Source of the DNA: Gammaproteobacteria bacterium
GTDB taxonomy: Bacteria > Pseudomonadota > Gammaproteobacteria > SZUA-152
Assembly: GCA_015487095.1 (NCBI GenBank)
Contig: WFQM01000328.1
Location: forward strand, 1-51,374
Length of the DNA: 51,374 bases
Direction of reading: 5' to 3'
Shown: in pieces, positions 1 to 10,237 of the stretch
How positions within the stretch are numbered: the first letter of the stretch is position 1
Layout of the letters: each line of letters begins with the position of its first letter
Notes under the pieces: generated by a model
Seen by the model: the letters and a program-made list of their open reading frames with translations, nothing else
What the model was told of the DNA's origin: nothing
Database searches by the model: none
Translations under genes and position numbers: made by a program

Positions 1-249
1 TCTACCAGTATGAGTTTTGTTTCTGCGGCGGCTATGTCGGCGGGCGTGGTTGAACAGTTGGGGTTACAAAAAATGATTGGCGTGGTGAAAAACTGTCGCA
101 ATATCAAAAAACAGGATTTGATTCATAACCATTACACACCGCATATTGAAGTTGATTCGCAGACCTATGAAGTGCGCGCTGACGGTGAATTGTTAACCTG
201 TGAACCGGCTACTGTATTGCCCATGGCGCAGCGTTATTTTTTGTTTTAA
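1..249 (+). CDS. ureC: urease alpha subunit, C-terminal end (gene begins upstream of the window)
   Basis: The frame is open from the window edge. The terminus ...[26 protein letters not shown] is the canonical UreC C-terminus, and ureE-ureF-ureG follow. Confidence 0.85.
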   Translation, partial: STSMSFVSAAAMSAGVVEQLGLQKMIGVVKNCRNIKKQDLIHNHYTPHIEVDSQTYEVRADGELLTCEPATVLPMAQRYFLF

Positions 250-256
250 AAAATGG

Positions 257-549
257 GTAGGTTGGGGTGAGGCACGAACCCCAACATGTTCATGACACAG
301 AGCAGGAATATTTTTTAGCGTTTAAAGAAACCGGGAAAACAAGAATAAAACCCAACGCAGAGACGCGAAGATGCAGAGAGCGCAAAGAGTTAAGAGAATA
401 GCGAACAGAAAAAAATATCTTTGCGTTCTCTGCGTCTCAGCGCCTTTGCGTTAGATTTTATCGCTCGACAGACTGGGGTGACCTGCATAGGGTTTTGGTG
501 ACAGCTTGTTACTTTGGCGCGTTGGGGTTCGTGCCTCACCCCAACCTAC
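257..549. repeat. composite intergenic element: two inverted GTAG-headed REP hairpins enclosing a CGCAGAG/CGCAAAG hairpin repeat
   Basis: 257-285 (gtaggttggggtgaggcacgaaccccaac) is the exact reverse complement of 521-549. Inside, arm 354-389 (aacgcagagacgcgaagatgcagagagcgcaaagag) faces arm 418-453 (tctttgcgttctctgcgtctcagcgcctttgcgtta). Confidence 0.7.
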
Positions 550-585
550 ACACTTATTATTTTTTAGAGGTTGTTGATTTACACC

Positions 586-1056
586 ATGATCGAATTAACC
601 CATATCGTTAATGACAAACACTCTGCTGATGGTCAGCTAACCCTGCCCATTGAACAACGTGTGCGCAGCCGTCTGCGTGCCAGACTGGATGACGGGCGGG
701 ACGTTGGTCTGTTTTTACCGCGCGGTACTCTGCTGCGAGGGGGGGATCAGCTGGGCAATGATGACGGTCTGGTCATTGACATAAACGCTGCCCCGGAAAC
801 GGTCTCTACCCTGCACAGTGATGACCCTACCCTGCTGGCCCGTGCTGCCTATCATCTGGGCAATCGCCATATTCCCCTGCAAGTGGAAAAAGGATGGTTA
901 CGTTATCAGCACGATCATGTGCTGGACGACATGCTGCGACAAATGGGACTTGAGCCGGTTGTTGAGCAAGCCCCTTTTGAGCCAGAGGCCGGTGCTTATC
1001 AACAGGCTGCCGAAGGTCATCATCACTCACATACTCATTCACACAGTCACGAATAA
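586..1056 (+). CDS. ureE: urease accessory protein UreE (nickel metallochaperone)
   Basis: It has a His-rich C-terminus (GHHHSHTHSHSHE) and sits between ureC and ureF. ATG at 586 (MIELTHIV...) is preferred over the TTG at 571 in the ORF track. Confidence 0.85.
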   Translation: MIELTHIVNDKHSADGQLTLPIEQRVRSRLRARLDDGRDVGLFLPRGTLLRGGDQLGNDDGLVIDINAAPETVSTLHSDDPTLLARAAYHLGNRHIPLQVEKGWLRYQHDHVLDDMLRQMGLEPVVEQAPFEPEAGAYQQAAEGHHHSHTHSHSHE

Positions 1057-1067
1057 AGGAGCATCCA

Positions 1068-1316
1068 ATGCGCATTTTGCACACAACACCCGGAAAAAAA
1101 TTACTGTTTGCCGTTAGCGCTGTCCTGATATCGCCACTGGCACAGGCGCATGACAACAGCCAGTCAACGGGGCTGCTTGCCCATATCTGGGCCCACGGCG
1201 TTGAACTGGCCAACACAGGTGTCGTTGTTGGGTTTTTAGGGGGTGTCACTCTACTTGCAGGCCTGTTTTTTGCCGCGCGCTTGCGGAGCAGAGCAACCGT
1301 CGCAAACCATGGCTGA
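1068..1316 (+). CDS. small exported/membrane protein embedded in the urease operon (function unknown)
   Basis: An AGGAG Shine-Dalgarno lies 7 nt upstream (taaaggagcatccaATG). The protein has a signal peptide ending ...PLAQA|HD and one C-terminal TM segment (VVVGFLGGVTLLAGLFFAA). Its stop overlaps the ureF ATG at 1309. Confidence 0.5.
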   Translation: MRILHTTPGKKLLFAVSAVLISPLAQAHDNSQSTGLLAHIWAHGVELANTGVVVGFLGGVTLLAGLFFAARLRSRATVANHG

Positions 1317-2013
1317 CATGGGGCGTACTGACCCGGGCCTGCCCGGTCTGCGCCTGTTGCAACTGATCAGCCCCAACCTGCCCACCGGTGCCTTTACTTA
1401 TTCACAGGGGCTGGAGTGGGCGGTTGAGTGTGGCTGGATACAAAATCGGGACAATACCCGACACTGGCTGCAATCTGTACTGGATGACAGTCTGCAAACC
1501 CTCGAACTGCCGATTCTGATTCGGCTGTTTAATGCCGCAGGCAATAACAGTCATTCAGAATTTCAGCATTGGACACACTGGCTGTACGCCAGCCGGGAAA
1601 CCGCCGAACTGCGCAATGAAGAACAACAGCGCGCACGCGCCCTGCTGATGGTCCTCAGACAGTTACCGGACAGTGAACACTGGCCAGAGCTGGAAGACTG
1701 GCAATCCTCACTCAGGCGGTGTCAGCTGGCCGGTTACGCCTTGGCTGCGCAGCGCTGGCAGATTCCCCTGGAGGACTTGCTCGTGGGTTACACCTGGAGC
1801 TGGCTGGAAAACGCGGTGGCGGCGGCCATCAAACTGGTGCCGCTGGGACAGACCGAAGGCCAATCGTTGTTGTACCGTTTCAGCACGGAAATTAACACCG
1901 CTGTCGAACATGCCCTCGCGCTGGACGATGATGCCATTGGTGCCAGTACCCCGGCTCTGGCCATTGCCAGCAGCCTGCACGAGACCCAGTACAGCCGTTT
2001 ATTCAGGTCATAA
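1309..2013 (+). CDS. ureF: urease accessory protein UreF
   Basis: LLQLISPNLPTGAFTYSQGLEWAVE is a typical UreF N-terminal motif. The internal ATG at 1309 gives about 235 aa and overlaps the preceding stop. Confidence 0.85.
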   Translation: MADMGRTDPGLPGLRLLQLISPNLPTGAFTYSQGLEWAVECGWIQNRDNTRHWLQSVLDDSLQTLELPILIRLFNAAGNNSHSEFQHWTHWLYASRETAELRNEEQQRARALLMVLRQLPDSEHWPELEDWQSSLRRCQLAGYALAAQRWQIPLEDLLVGYTWSWLENAVAAAIKLVPLGQTEGQSLLYRFSTEINTAVEHALALDDDAIGASTPALAIASSLHETQYSRLFRS

Positions 2014-2033
2014 AACAAACCAGGAAATAAAAT

Positions 2034-2651
2034 ATGAATACAAAAGCCCCCTTACGGGTTGGTGTCGGCGGTCCGGTGGGCTCCGGCAAAACCGCCCTGC
2101 TGGAAAAACTGTGCAAGGCCATGCGCGATGACTACAGCATTGCCGTGGTTACCAATGATATTTACACCCGTGAAGACCAGCGCATACTCACCGAGGCACA
2201 GGCGCTGGAAGCCGAGCGCATCGTGGGTGTGGAAACCGGTGGCTGTCCACACACGGCCATTCGTGAGGATGCCTCCATGAATCTGGCAGCGGTCGAAGAC
2301 CTGTCCCGGCAATTTACGGATCTCGATGTGATCTTTATCGAAAGCGGCGGAGACAACCTCAGCGCCACCTTCAGCCCGGAACTGGCGGATCTGACTATTT
2401 ATGTCATCGACGTTGCCTCCGGCGAAAAAATCCCGCGTAAAGGTGGCCCTGGCATCACTCGGTCCGATCTGTTGGTGATCAACAAGATTGATCTGGCGGA
2501 AATGGTGGGAGCATCCCTCGAAGTCATGAATACAGACAGTCAGCGTATGCGCGGTGAACGGCCCTTCGTGTTTACCCAGTTAAAAACGGGTGAAGGTCTG
2601 GATGTGGTGGTTGAGTTTTTAATCCGGGAGGGCATGTTGAAGGCACCGTAG
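2034..2651 (+). CDS. ureG: urease accessory GTPase UreG
   Basis: It carries a P-loop ([11 protein letters not shown]), the ETGGCPH nickel-binding motif and NKIDL. At 205 aa it is a standard UreG size. Confidence 0.95.
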   Translation: MNTKAPLRVGVGGPVGSGKTALLEKLCKAMRDDYSIAVVTNDIYTREDQRILTEAQALEAERIVGVETGGCPHTAIREDASMNLAAVEDLSRQFTDLDVIFIESGGDNLSATFSPELADLTIYVIDVASGEKIPRKGGPGITRSDLLVINKIDLAEMVGASLEVMNTDSQRMRGERPFVFTQLKTGEGLDVVVEFLIREGMLKAP

Positions 2652-2861
2652 TAAACCACTAGTCCTGAATAAACGGTGGACCACAAGCCTGTCTGCACAG
2701 AAAACCATAGCACCTGCAAACCATTATCCGCTATTTTGATGTGGTATTTAAGCAATATTGACCCGGTTTTGCAGATGCTTTAACCTGCTTCGGCCTGGAA
2801 ATTAACTATTTTGGGTGTTTTTTAACATCATTGATAAAATTTTAAGAAAGGGGAGCTGGTT

Positions 2862-2930
2862 ATGACTTTTGCTATTATACTTTTTGTTGTATTGATGGGC
2901 ACTGCATTTGTAGGTATGTTTACCTCTTAA
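2862..2930 (+). CDS. candidate 22-aa hydrophobic micro-protein (MTFAIILFVVLMGTAFVGMFTS)
   Basis: The ATG is preceded by aaaggggag (SD-like) at a 7-nt spacing. The peptide is a single TM-length hydrophobic stretch, and an intrinsic terminator follows at 2971-3013. It is too short for the ORF track. Confidence 0.3.
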   Translation: MTFAIILFVVLMGTAFVGMFTS

Positions 2931-2970
2931 TTGATGGTAACCGGCAGCTTCCCTACGGGGCAAACTGCCT

Positions 2971-3013
2971 AAAAAGGGCTGGAATGGCGATATGCTGCTC
3001 CAGCCCTTTTTTA
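2971..3013. terminator. bidirectional rho-independent terminator
   Basis: The stem agggctgga (2975-2983) / tccagccct (2999-3007) has an A-run on the left and a T-run on the right. It sits between the convergent micro-ORF/ure genes and the minus-strand kinase, whose stop is at 3026. Confidence 0.6.
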
Positions 3014-3025
3014 TTATGTGTTATC

Positions 3026-5749
3026 TCAAGGCCGGTTTTTTCCACAGGTTTGTAATAAATATTTTGACGTGCGATTGACTTCCTGCTCAATTTCGATCAG
3101 CAAATCTGCAAAATTCTCTGTAATATCATTTTTCCTGACCTTATCAACAAGAACATCACAAATTTCCGACAATTTTCGGGCTCCAAGGTTAGCACTGCTA
3201 CCTTTGAGTGAATGGGCAGAAAATTCGATGCTCTCTACATCCTTGCTTTGAATGGCCACACGAAGCTCATTGAGCCGTTTATCAGCACCTTCAATAAATA
3301 ACAAAACAATCTCGGCATATTGTTCTTCTGAAAGCACCTCCACAAGATCTTCCAATAATTTCAAATCAAAATATGCAGATAAGTCTACGTCATTCTGCGG
3401 CTTCGTCTCTAAAACATGACCCGTAATCATGGGAGCGGCCTCCACATCACTACTCCCTATTGCAAACCGGGAAAAAACATCACGTATTGCCTGTATGCGT
3501 ATGGGTTTAACTAAAAAATCATCCATACCAGACGATAGACATGCCTCACGGTCCGCATCCAGCGCATTCGCCGTCAATGCAATAATTGGTGTACGTTTCA
3601 GTCCTTGCTCACCTTCCATTTTGCGCATTTTTCTCGTCGATTCAAACCCATCCATAAGTGGCATTTGGCAATCCATTAAAACGACGTGATATTTGTTTGA
3701 CTGAAATAATAAAAATGCCTGTAAGCCATCGCTCGCAATATCAACTTTATAACCCTGTTTATGCAAAATTGTCACAGCAACCTGTTGATTTATTGCATTG
3801 TCTTCCACCAAAAGCACCGAGGCCGTGTGTGTGTGACTCCGTGATGAAAAATGTTTGTCAGTAGTCTTCATACTTTTTGTATCAACATTCTCTTTGCCTT
3901 CCAACAATGACAAAGCTTCAAACAATGCAGCTCCTCTTACCGGGCGGCTAATATTTGTATCAAGCTGAAAAGTCTCCATTTTTTCAATGGAATCATTATC
4001 CGAAAGTCTGAAAATTCCAATGCAATTTTTTGCATTGACGATTTTTCTTCGTAAGTCGTATGCGCCTGCAATATTGCAGCTCAACAATTCATCAATATCC
4101 AGTATTGCAAGATCAACGGAAGGAATATTCGGAACAGTAAAAACATCATTGGTGCAGTCAATAGACATCACCACCGTACACCCCCAATATTCTACAAGAC
4201 TGGTGATCGCCTCCCTAACCGCAACGCTGCGTGCAAAAATATAAACCGTCAAATTAAAAAATCGACCTTCCTTACGGTAGTCTCTCATTCGCTCTGAAGA
4301 GGAAAGCCTGGCTGTAAACCAAAATGTACTACCGACACCCTCAACAGAATCTACACCGATCTTCCCATCAAACAGCTCCACCATTTGTCGGCATATTGAT
4401 AAACCAAGACCAGTACCACCATATTTTCGGGTTGTTGATTCATCGGCTTGCGTAAAAGTATCAAATATTAATTTCTTGGCTGACTCGGAAATGCCAACAC
4501 CTGTATCACGCACGATAAATTTATAAAAATTATCACCGGTAGAAGAATGGTTCTTATCGCATTCCAAACCAATAAATATTTCACCATGATCTGTAAACTT
4601 CATCGCATTACCAATCAGGTTATTCAATATCTGCCGTAATCTGGTGGGATCACCAAGAACATATTCTGGTATGTCATTATTAATATGAGAAATAATTTCA
4701 ACACCTTTGTCTTGTATTTTCTTGGCGTATAGCCCCACCACCTCTTCAAGTAAATGCCGCACATCAAAAGAAATTGATTCAAATTTTATTTTTCCTGCCT
4801 CAATTTTTGAAAAATCCAATACATCATTAATAACACTCAATAAGGCCTCTGCTGAATTATAAGCAGTATCAATGAAATATTTTTGCTCGGAAACCAGATG
4901 AGTATCACGCAGTAAATCCAGCATACCCAGCACGCCTGTCATCGGCGTACGTATTTCATGGCTCATGTTAGCGAGAAAAGTTGACTTCGCTTTTGTCGAG
5001 TCTTCAGCTTGTGAATATGCCAATGACAACCTGGTATTTTTTTCGCTTAATTCCTGACTCTTGTTTCGCACACTCCGAGTTACTGCGCGGGCAATAAAAA
5101 TGCCTACTACTAACGAAAAAATTCCCAGCAAAAGTAACATTAACCAAATAAACTGATAATCATTTTTGTTACTCTCCACCGCCCTGTCGGTGTATTCCTG
5201 TTGCAAACGAATCAACTCATCCAAAAGACCCAATAATATTTTTTGTTCTTGAAGACCCTCGGTTGCAGCAACAGTGATGATATTATCCGGCGTTTCCTGC
5301 ATCAATAATTCAGCAACGGTTCGGTTTTTGAGTTGCGCCCTGTTTGCGGCTACTTCCAAACGTTTGTAAATTTCATATTCTCTTTCATTGGTAGCCAGTC
5401 TGACCAGCTCTTCTCTTTGATGCCGATAATCACCCGCATATGAATAAAAACGTAACAACTCTTCATCCCGTGCAAAATAATCATCTGTTGCCAGCATGGT
5501 ATAAATACTGATTGCTCTTTGCAAAATGGCATCACGCATGGCAAAAGCCAGCGCAACTTTTTTGTTATGCACATCAACAATGGCTTCCGTATTGGCATTG
5601 AATTCCTGCAAGCGATACAAACTTACCGAGGTTACCAGCAAAACCAGCACCAGTATGACGCCAAACCCCATGCCCACGACACTTGCCAAACGGCTATATT
5701 CTGTGCGTTTCGTGTGTCGCTGTTGAGAACCCCGCCATGGCATTCGCAT
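3026..5749 (-). CDS. hybrid sensor histidine kinase (TM sensor, HisKA, HATPase, receiver, C-terminal Hpt)
   Basis: Motifs seen: H-box [12 protein letters not shown]; N/G boxes [25 protein letters not shown]; receiver [11 protein letters not shown]...VLMDCQMP...ALTA; Hpt motif [13 protein letters not shown]. Confidence 0.85.
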   Translation of the reverse strand: MRMPWRGSQQRHTKRTEYSRLASVVGMGFGVILVLVLLVTSVSLYRLQEFNANTEAIVDVHNKKVALAFAMRDAILQRAISIYTMLATDDYFARDEELLRFYSYAGDYRHQREELVRLATNEREYEIYKRLEVAANRAQLKNRTVAELLMQETPDNIITVAATEGLQEQKILLGLLDELIRLQQEYTDRAVESNKNDYQFIWLMLLLLGIFSLVVGIFIARAVTRSVRNKSQELSEKNTRLSLAYSQAEDSTKAKSTFLANMSHEIRTPMTGVLGMLDLLRDTHLVSEQKYFIDTAYNSAEALLSVINDVLDFSKIEAGKIKFESISFDVRHLLEEVVGLYAKKIQDKGVEIISHINNDIPEYVLGDPTRLRQILNNLIGNAMKFTDHGEIFIGLECDKNHSSTGDNFYKFIVRDTGVGISESAKKLIFDTFTQADESTTRKYGGTGLGLSICRQMVELFDGKIGVDSVEGVGSTFWFTARLSSSERMRDYRKEGRFFNLTVYIFARSVAVREAITSLVEYWGCTVVMSIDCTNDVFTVPNIPSVDLAILDIDELLSCNIAGAYDLRRKIVNAKNCIGIFRLSDNDSIEKMETFQLDTNISRPVRGAALFEALSLLEGKENVDTKSMKTTDKHFSSRSHTHTASVLLVEDNAINQQVAVTILHKQGYKVDIASDGLQAFLLFQSNKYHVVLMDCQMPLMDGFESTRKMRKMEGEQGLKRTPIIALTANALDADREACLSSGMDDFLVKPIRIQAIRDVFSRFAIGSSDVEAAPMITGHVLETKPQNDVDLSAYFDLKLLEDLVEVLSEEQYAEIVLLFIEGADKRLNELRVAIQSKDVESIEFSAHSLKGSSANLGARKLSEICDVLVDKVRKNDITENFADLLIEIEQEVNRTSKYLLQTCGKNRP

Positions 5750-6039
5750 TACAGGCTCCCCATCAAGAAACTGAAGGCAAGCAGAAGAACAAGCATCACA
5801 TAACGGTGGAATCTCACGCTGCCATAACAGCGTCGCAAATCGAACAGATGCAATAATTCATTACTATTCAAAGGGATATGTACCACTCAGCATGAAAAAT
5901 GATGGCTTTTTTCCAGCCTCACTTTAAAAAAAACCTGAAGTTCCGCTACATTTTGCCGCTATTTTGCGAAGAAATCACTAATTCTGGATAAAGCCCTGCC
6001 CGTAACGGGAAAGCAAATGTCGGTGAAACAGGACAAGGA

Positions 6040-7860
6040 ATGATCTCACAACACCATTTTTTTCATGAGGGTAGCGTCTTTAGGGGTGTATTAATCTGTG
6101 CCATTTTCTTAAGCATTTCACTACCGAATGCGATAGCACAAAATAATACCCTATCGACAAAAAAACCTCCTCCAGTAAAAGATATACGAATTTTAATTGA
6201 TATTTCGGGCAGCATGAAGAAAACGGACCCCAACAACCTTCGTCGGCCCGCAGTCAAATTGTTTGCCAGTCTGTTGCCTGAAAATATTTTTTCCGGTGTA
6301 TGGACATTCGGAAAATGGGTCAACATGTTAGTCCCCCACAACATAGCAGATTCAAAATGGAAAACCGCCGTCCACGCACAAGCAGCGAATATTAATTCAA
6401 CCGGTTTATTCACCAACATTGAAGAAGCGCTACGGCGTTCAACCTGGGACTGGAAGGAATATGACCCTCAATATGAACGCACCATTATTATTCTATCTGA
6501 TGGCGTGGTCGATATTTCAAAAAATACAGACGAAAATAATGATTCCAGATCACGTATTTTGAACGAAATTCTGACAACACTCTCCAATGCCAAAGTCATT
6601 ATCCATACCATTGCCTTGTCATCACTATCGGACCAGGATTTATTACAACAATTATCATCTGCCACCGGAGGCATTCACGAAACCATTGAAACGACAGAAG
6701 AACTTGATAAAACATTTATGCGCATATTTGATGTCGCAACCCCGAGAGATGAATTACCGCTTATCGACAATAAAGTTAAGGTTGATGAAAGCATTAAAGA
6801 AATAACATTTTTAACTTTCCGCAAGGATAAATCGAAAAACACATACATTATTTCCCCCTCGGGAAACAAATATTCTGCTGAAAAAGAAAGTGATGACGTT
6901 ACCTGGCATTCAGAGAATCAATATGACCTGGTAACAATAAAAACACCGGAAACGGGGACATGGCGTGTTGATGCAGCTATAGACCCGGATAATCGGGTTA
7001 TGGTTGTCACTGACTTAAGACTTATTACCAGCAATTTACCGGACAATCTCCTGGCAGGCGATATAATCTCTTTTTATGCACACCTGGAATCTGAACAAGA
7101 AATCATAAAGCGTCGGGACTTCCTTCATTTCGTACGCATGTCGATCAAACATTCAAATGAAACAAAAAAAGAGCCCTATTTGATAAAACTGAAGGATGAT
7201 GGAAAAGGTATTGATGAATATAAAAAAGACGGCATTTACTCGGCAGAAATAAAAAAAACGGATATTCTGAAAACGCACACATTTGAACTACTGGTTAATG
7301 GCACTACATTTAAACGAAAAAACACAAAAAAAATAAAAATTGTTAAATACCCCGCAATTATCGATATAACCAAAACACCACATAATGATATTTCTGTCAG
7401 TGTTATTCCTTATAAAACATTGATTAATACAGAATCTCTGGAAATCACTGCCATATATTCCAGGCCTAATGAAAGTGATGATAAATACCCCATTAAAAAA
7501 ATCAGTCCAGCAGAATGGAAAACAACCATACCAACAAATAATATTTCAGGAAATCATAAGGTAACAGTAAAAGTTATTGGAAAAAATAAATATGGGAAAA
7601 CAATTAAAATTACAACAGAAACCGAAAATATATTTATTGGTGACAAAAAATATGAAGAAACTGAAAATCACTCAGAAAACCCCGTTGTTAAAAACAATAA
7701 TACAACTGAACAAGAAACAACAAGCTGGTTAAGTGTTATTTTTTCATTTCTCGGGTTTAACTTTGTTTTAATATTATCAGTATTTTCCCTGTATAAAATA
7801 TGGATAAAATATAAATACAAATTACTTCCCCTTCCTTGTGAGGAAATAGCCAATGCCTAG
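6040..7860 (+). CDS. secreted, membrane-anchored von Willebrand factor A (VWA) domain protein
   Basis: It has an N-terminal signal/TM segment, a MIDAS motif (ILIDISGSMKK) and a long Lys/Thr-rich beta-like middle region. A C-terminal TM segment (WLSVIFSFLGFNFVLILSVFSLY) is followed by a short tail. Confidence 0.75.
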   Translation: MISQHHFFHEGSVFRGVLICAIFLSISLPNAIAQNNTLSTKKPPPVKDIRILIDISGSMKKTDPNNLRRPAVKLFASLLPENIFSGVWTFGKWVNMLVPHNIADSKWKTAVHAQAANINSTGLFTNIEEALRRSTWDWKEYDPQYERTIIILSDGVVDISKNTDENNDSRSRILNEILTTLSNAKVIIHTIALSSLSDQDLLQQLSSATGGIHETIETTEELDKTFMRIFDVATPRDELPLIDNKVKVDESIKEITFLTFRKDKSKNTYIISPSGNKYSAEKESDDVTWHSENQYDLVTIKTPETGTWRVDAAIDPDNRVMVVTDLRLITSNLPDNLLAGDIISFYAHLESEQEIIKRRDFLHFVRMSIKHSNETKKEPYLIKLKDDGKGIDEYKKDGIYSAEIKKTDILKTHTFELLVNGTTFKRKNTKKIKIVKYPAIIDITKTPHNDISVSVIPYKTLINTESLEITAIYSRPNESDDKYPIKKISPAEWKTTIPTNNISGNHKVTVKVIGKNKYGKTIKITTETENIFIGDKKYEETENHSENPVVKNNNTTEQETTSWLSVIFSFLGFNFVLILSVFSLYKIWIKYKYKLLPLPCEEIANA

Positions 7861-8554
7861 CCCTGGATTAAGTACAACACTCATTCTTGGTGAAATAATC
7901 CTCATAGAAACGGTATTGATTATAGCAGTGTCAGTCTATTTTATTTTAAAGTTAAAAAAGAAATCATTAAAACTTAAAAATCTTTTGGAATCATTCCTGG
8001 ATGATGAAAAAAATAGATTATCCAACCTTTCATTGTCACTTAAAAAGCCGGAATTTATTGATGATGAAAAATATAATGCAACATTAAAAAATATCATCAG
8101 TGAAGAAAATTTACTGTATAAATACCTAATTAATGTTTTTTACCATAATGATATAAAATCACTGGATTCCCTTTCTACAGAAATACAAAAAATAACCAAA
8201 CCTTGCGCAGAACTACTTCCTGGAAGTGATCCCCCAGAGACCGATGAGCTAGATAGCGATCCAGTCATTAATGTGGATGATGCAATTGATGAGTTGTTAT
8301 CGGATGATGAAAAAACAGAAGTAGATATTGAACGTGATCCTGAATTTGATTTAAGCGAACCCACAAAAACTGTTGCTGAAAATCCGATAGAAGAACTTAT
8401 TGAAACCAGTATAGAAAATGATGAAATCGCTGAAATCCCCAGCGACTTGTTAAACAATATCCCCCCAACAAATGAAAATGAAAGCAACCCGGAAGATATT
8501 TCTAAAAACGATGAACCGGATAGCGAAATCATCGAGAATAAACCGGAAAAATAA
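7853..8554 (+). CDS. single-pass membrane protein with a strongly acidic C-terminal region (unknown function)
   Basis: The start ATG overlaps the upstream stop (ATGCCTAG). The N-terminal TM is ILGEIILIETVLIIAVSVYFIL, and the C-terminal half is rich in D/E (DPPETDELDSDPVINVDDAIDELLSDDEK...). Confidence 0.5.
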   Translation: MPSPGLSTTLILGEIILIETVLIIAVSVYFILKLKKKSLKLKNLLESFLDDEKNRLSNLSLSLKKPEFIDDEKYNATLKNIISEENLLYKYLINVFYHNDIKSLDSLSTEIQKITKPCAELLPGSDPPETDELDSDPVINVDDAIDELLSDDEKTEVDIERDPEFDLSEPTKTVAENPIEELIETSIENDEIAEIPSDLLNNIPPTNENESNPEDISKNDEPDSEIIENKPEK

Positions 8555-8574
8555 CGAAATAATCCCTCAATACT

Positions 8575-10197
8575 ATGAAACTTTGGAGCCTGAAAAATAA
8601 ATATATCCTGATTGTGGATGACTTTGCCGGCATGCGCACAATGTTGCGAAATATGCTGACTCCCTATCGCCCCGAACATATTGCAGAAGCCGTGTCAGGA
8701 GAAGAGGCATTAAAAGCAATCCAGGAGAATGATTTTGATATTATTCTTTGTGATTACAACCTTGGCCCGGGAAAAGATGGCCAGCAAATACTGGAAGAAA
8801 TAAAAGAGCGTGAATTAATCCCCTATTCTGCAATATATATTATGACAACCGCAGAAAATACGTCTGAAATGGTTATGGGTGCGGTTGAATACTCCCCTGA
8901 TGATTATCTGTCAAAACCATTTACAAAAGAGGTATTGATATCACGACTTAAAAAACTTATTAAACGAAAATCAAGCCTGAAGAAAATATCGACTTCCACC
9001 CGCCAGAGAGATTATGAATCGGCAATCAATTTTTGTGATGAGCAACTTTCTGATAACCCATCTAATCGGTTTGAATTATTGAAAATAAAAACAGAACTTT
9101 TATTACGTATCAATGATTACGACAACGTTGAAGAACTGATAAAACCAATCCTGGAAGAACGTGAAATACCCTGGGCCTTACTTTATCTTGGGCAGGCACA
9201 TTATTATCGGGAAAATTACGATGATGCACGGTTTATTTTTGAAGACTTAATTGAAGACCATCCCAACTATTTGTTTGCACATGACTGGCTTGCCAAATTA
9301 CACCGAACCAATAAAAACTACGCTGAAGCCCAAAAAGTGCTTGAAAAAGCCACAATAAAATCTCCCAAAGCCATAAAACGCCAACAAATTCTTGCTGAAA
9401 TTTCTTTTGAAAATAAAGATTATGACACCTCAGAAAAATCCTATAAACGGATTACACGTACTGGAAAAAACTCATATTATTTGAATCCTGATGATTATTT
9501 TGGCTTAGCTGAAGTTTATCTGAAAAAAGACAGCGTTTCTGACGTGCTCGACACCATGTCTGACATGCGAAAAGAATTCAGAAATGCCGACTCATTAAAA
9601 AATATGAAATCACATATCAACGAGGCTTTTTTATATGATCGTTTACAACGAAAAAAAGAAACTAACGAACGTATTGATAAAATAATTTCTATTTTCTCAA
9701 AAGACCCGGGGTCTGTAACCAGTGTTGATTCTATTGAGCTAGCCAAACTTTGTTATTCCCACGAGCGGAAAGAGGATGGAAACAAGTTCATCCAATATGT
9801 TATTAAAAATAATCATGACAACCAGGAAACTATCGATGAAATAATTTCTCTGCTTACCAGCATCGGGTTCTCCAACACGGAAATTAATGCTCTGTTAAAA
9901 TCACGCGACGAAGTTATTGAACTCAATAATCGCGGAGTAAAACTGGCTACCAAAGGGAAAATTGCTGAATCCATATCATTGTTTGTCGAGGCCGCGACTG
10001 CAATGCCGGAAAATCATGTGATTAATCTGAATACGGCGCAATCACTTATTATGCATATGAACAAGTCCGGCGCAACTGAAGCATTGATGGATGAAACAAA
10101 AAAATACCTGGATAAGGTAAAATTTACCGGAAAACCCAGTGAGAAATATAAAATACTCACGGCATCCTGGCAAAACCTGGTAGAAACTCTCAACTAA
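8575..10197 (+). CDS. response regulator: CheY-like receiver fused to a long TPR/helical-repeat region, with no DNA-binding output
   Basis: The receiver motifs are ILIVDDF...DIILCDYNLG...TTA...YLSKPF. The remaining roughly 400 aa is helical and repeat-like (TPR-type spacing of Y/A/L residues). Confidence 0.8.
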   Translation: MKLWSLKNKYILIVDDFAGMRTMLRNMLTPYRPEHIAEAVSGEEALKAIQENDFDIILCDYNLGPGKDGQQILEEIKERELIPYSAIYIMTTAENTSEMVMGAVEYSPDDYLSKPFTKEVLISRLKKLIKRKSSLKKISTSTRQRDYESAINFCDEQLSDNPSNRFELLKIKTELLLRINDYDNVEELIKPILEEREIPWALLYLGQAHYYRENYDDARFIFEDLIEDHPNYLFAHDWLAKLHRTNKNYAEAQKVLEKATIKSPKAIKRQQILAEISFENKDYDTSEKSYKRITRTGKNSYYLNPDDYFGLAEVYLKKDSVSDVLDTMSDMRKEFRNADSLKNMKSHINEAFLYDRLQRKKETNERIDKIISIFSKDPGSVTSVDSIELAKLCYSHERKEDGNKFIQYVIKNNHDNQETIDEIISLLTSIGFSNTEINALLKSRDEVIELNNRGVKLATKGKIAESISLFVEAATAMPENHVINLNTAQSLIMHMNKSGATEALMDETKKYLDKVKFTGKPSEKYKILTASWQNLVETLN

Positions 10198-10237
10198 GGA
10201 ATGGAGCATTAGGAATGGAACACAATATGGTGCTGTT

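Noticed and set aside
354-453. CGCAAAG/CGCAGAG repeats as a possible CRISPR array
   Set aside because: The units are 8-9 nt, contiguous and degenerate. They are mirrored by a complementary arm to form a hairpin, and there are no 25-40-nt direct repeats with unique spacers. No cas genes are present.
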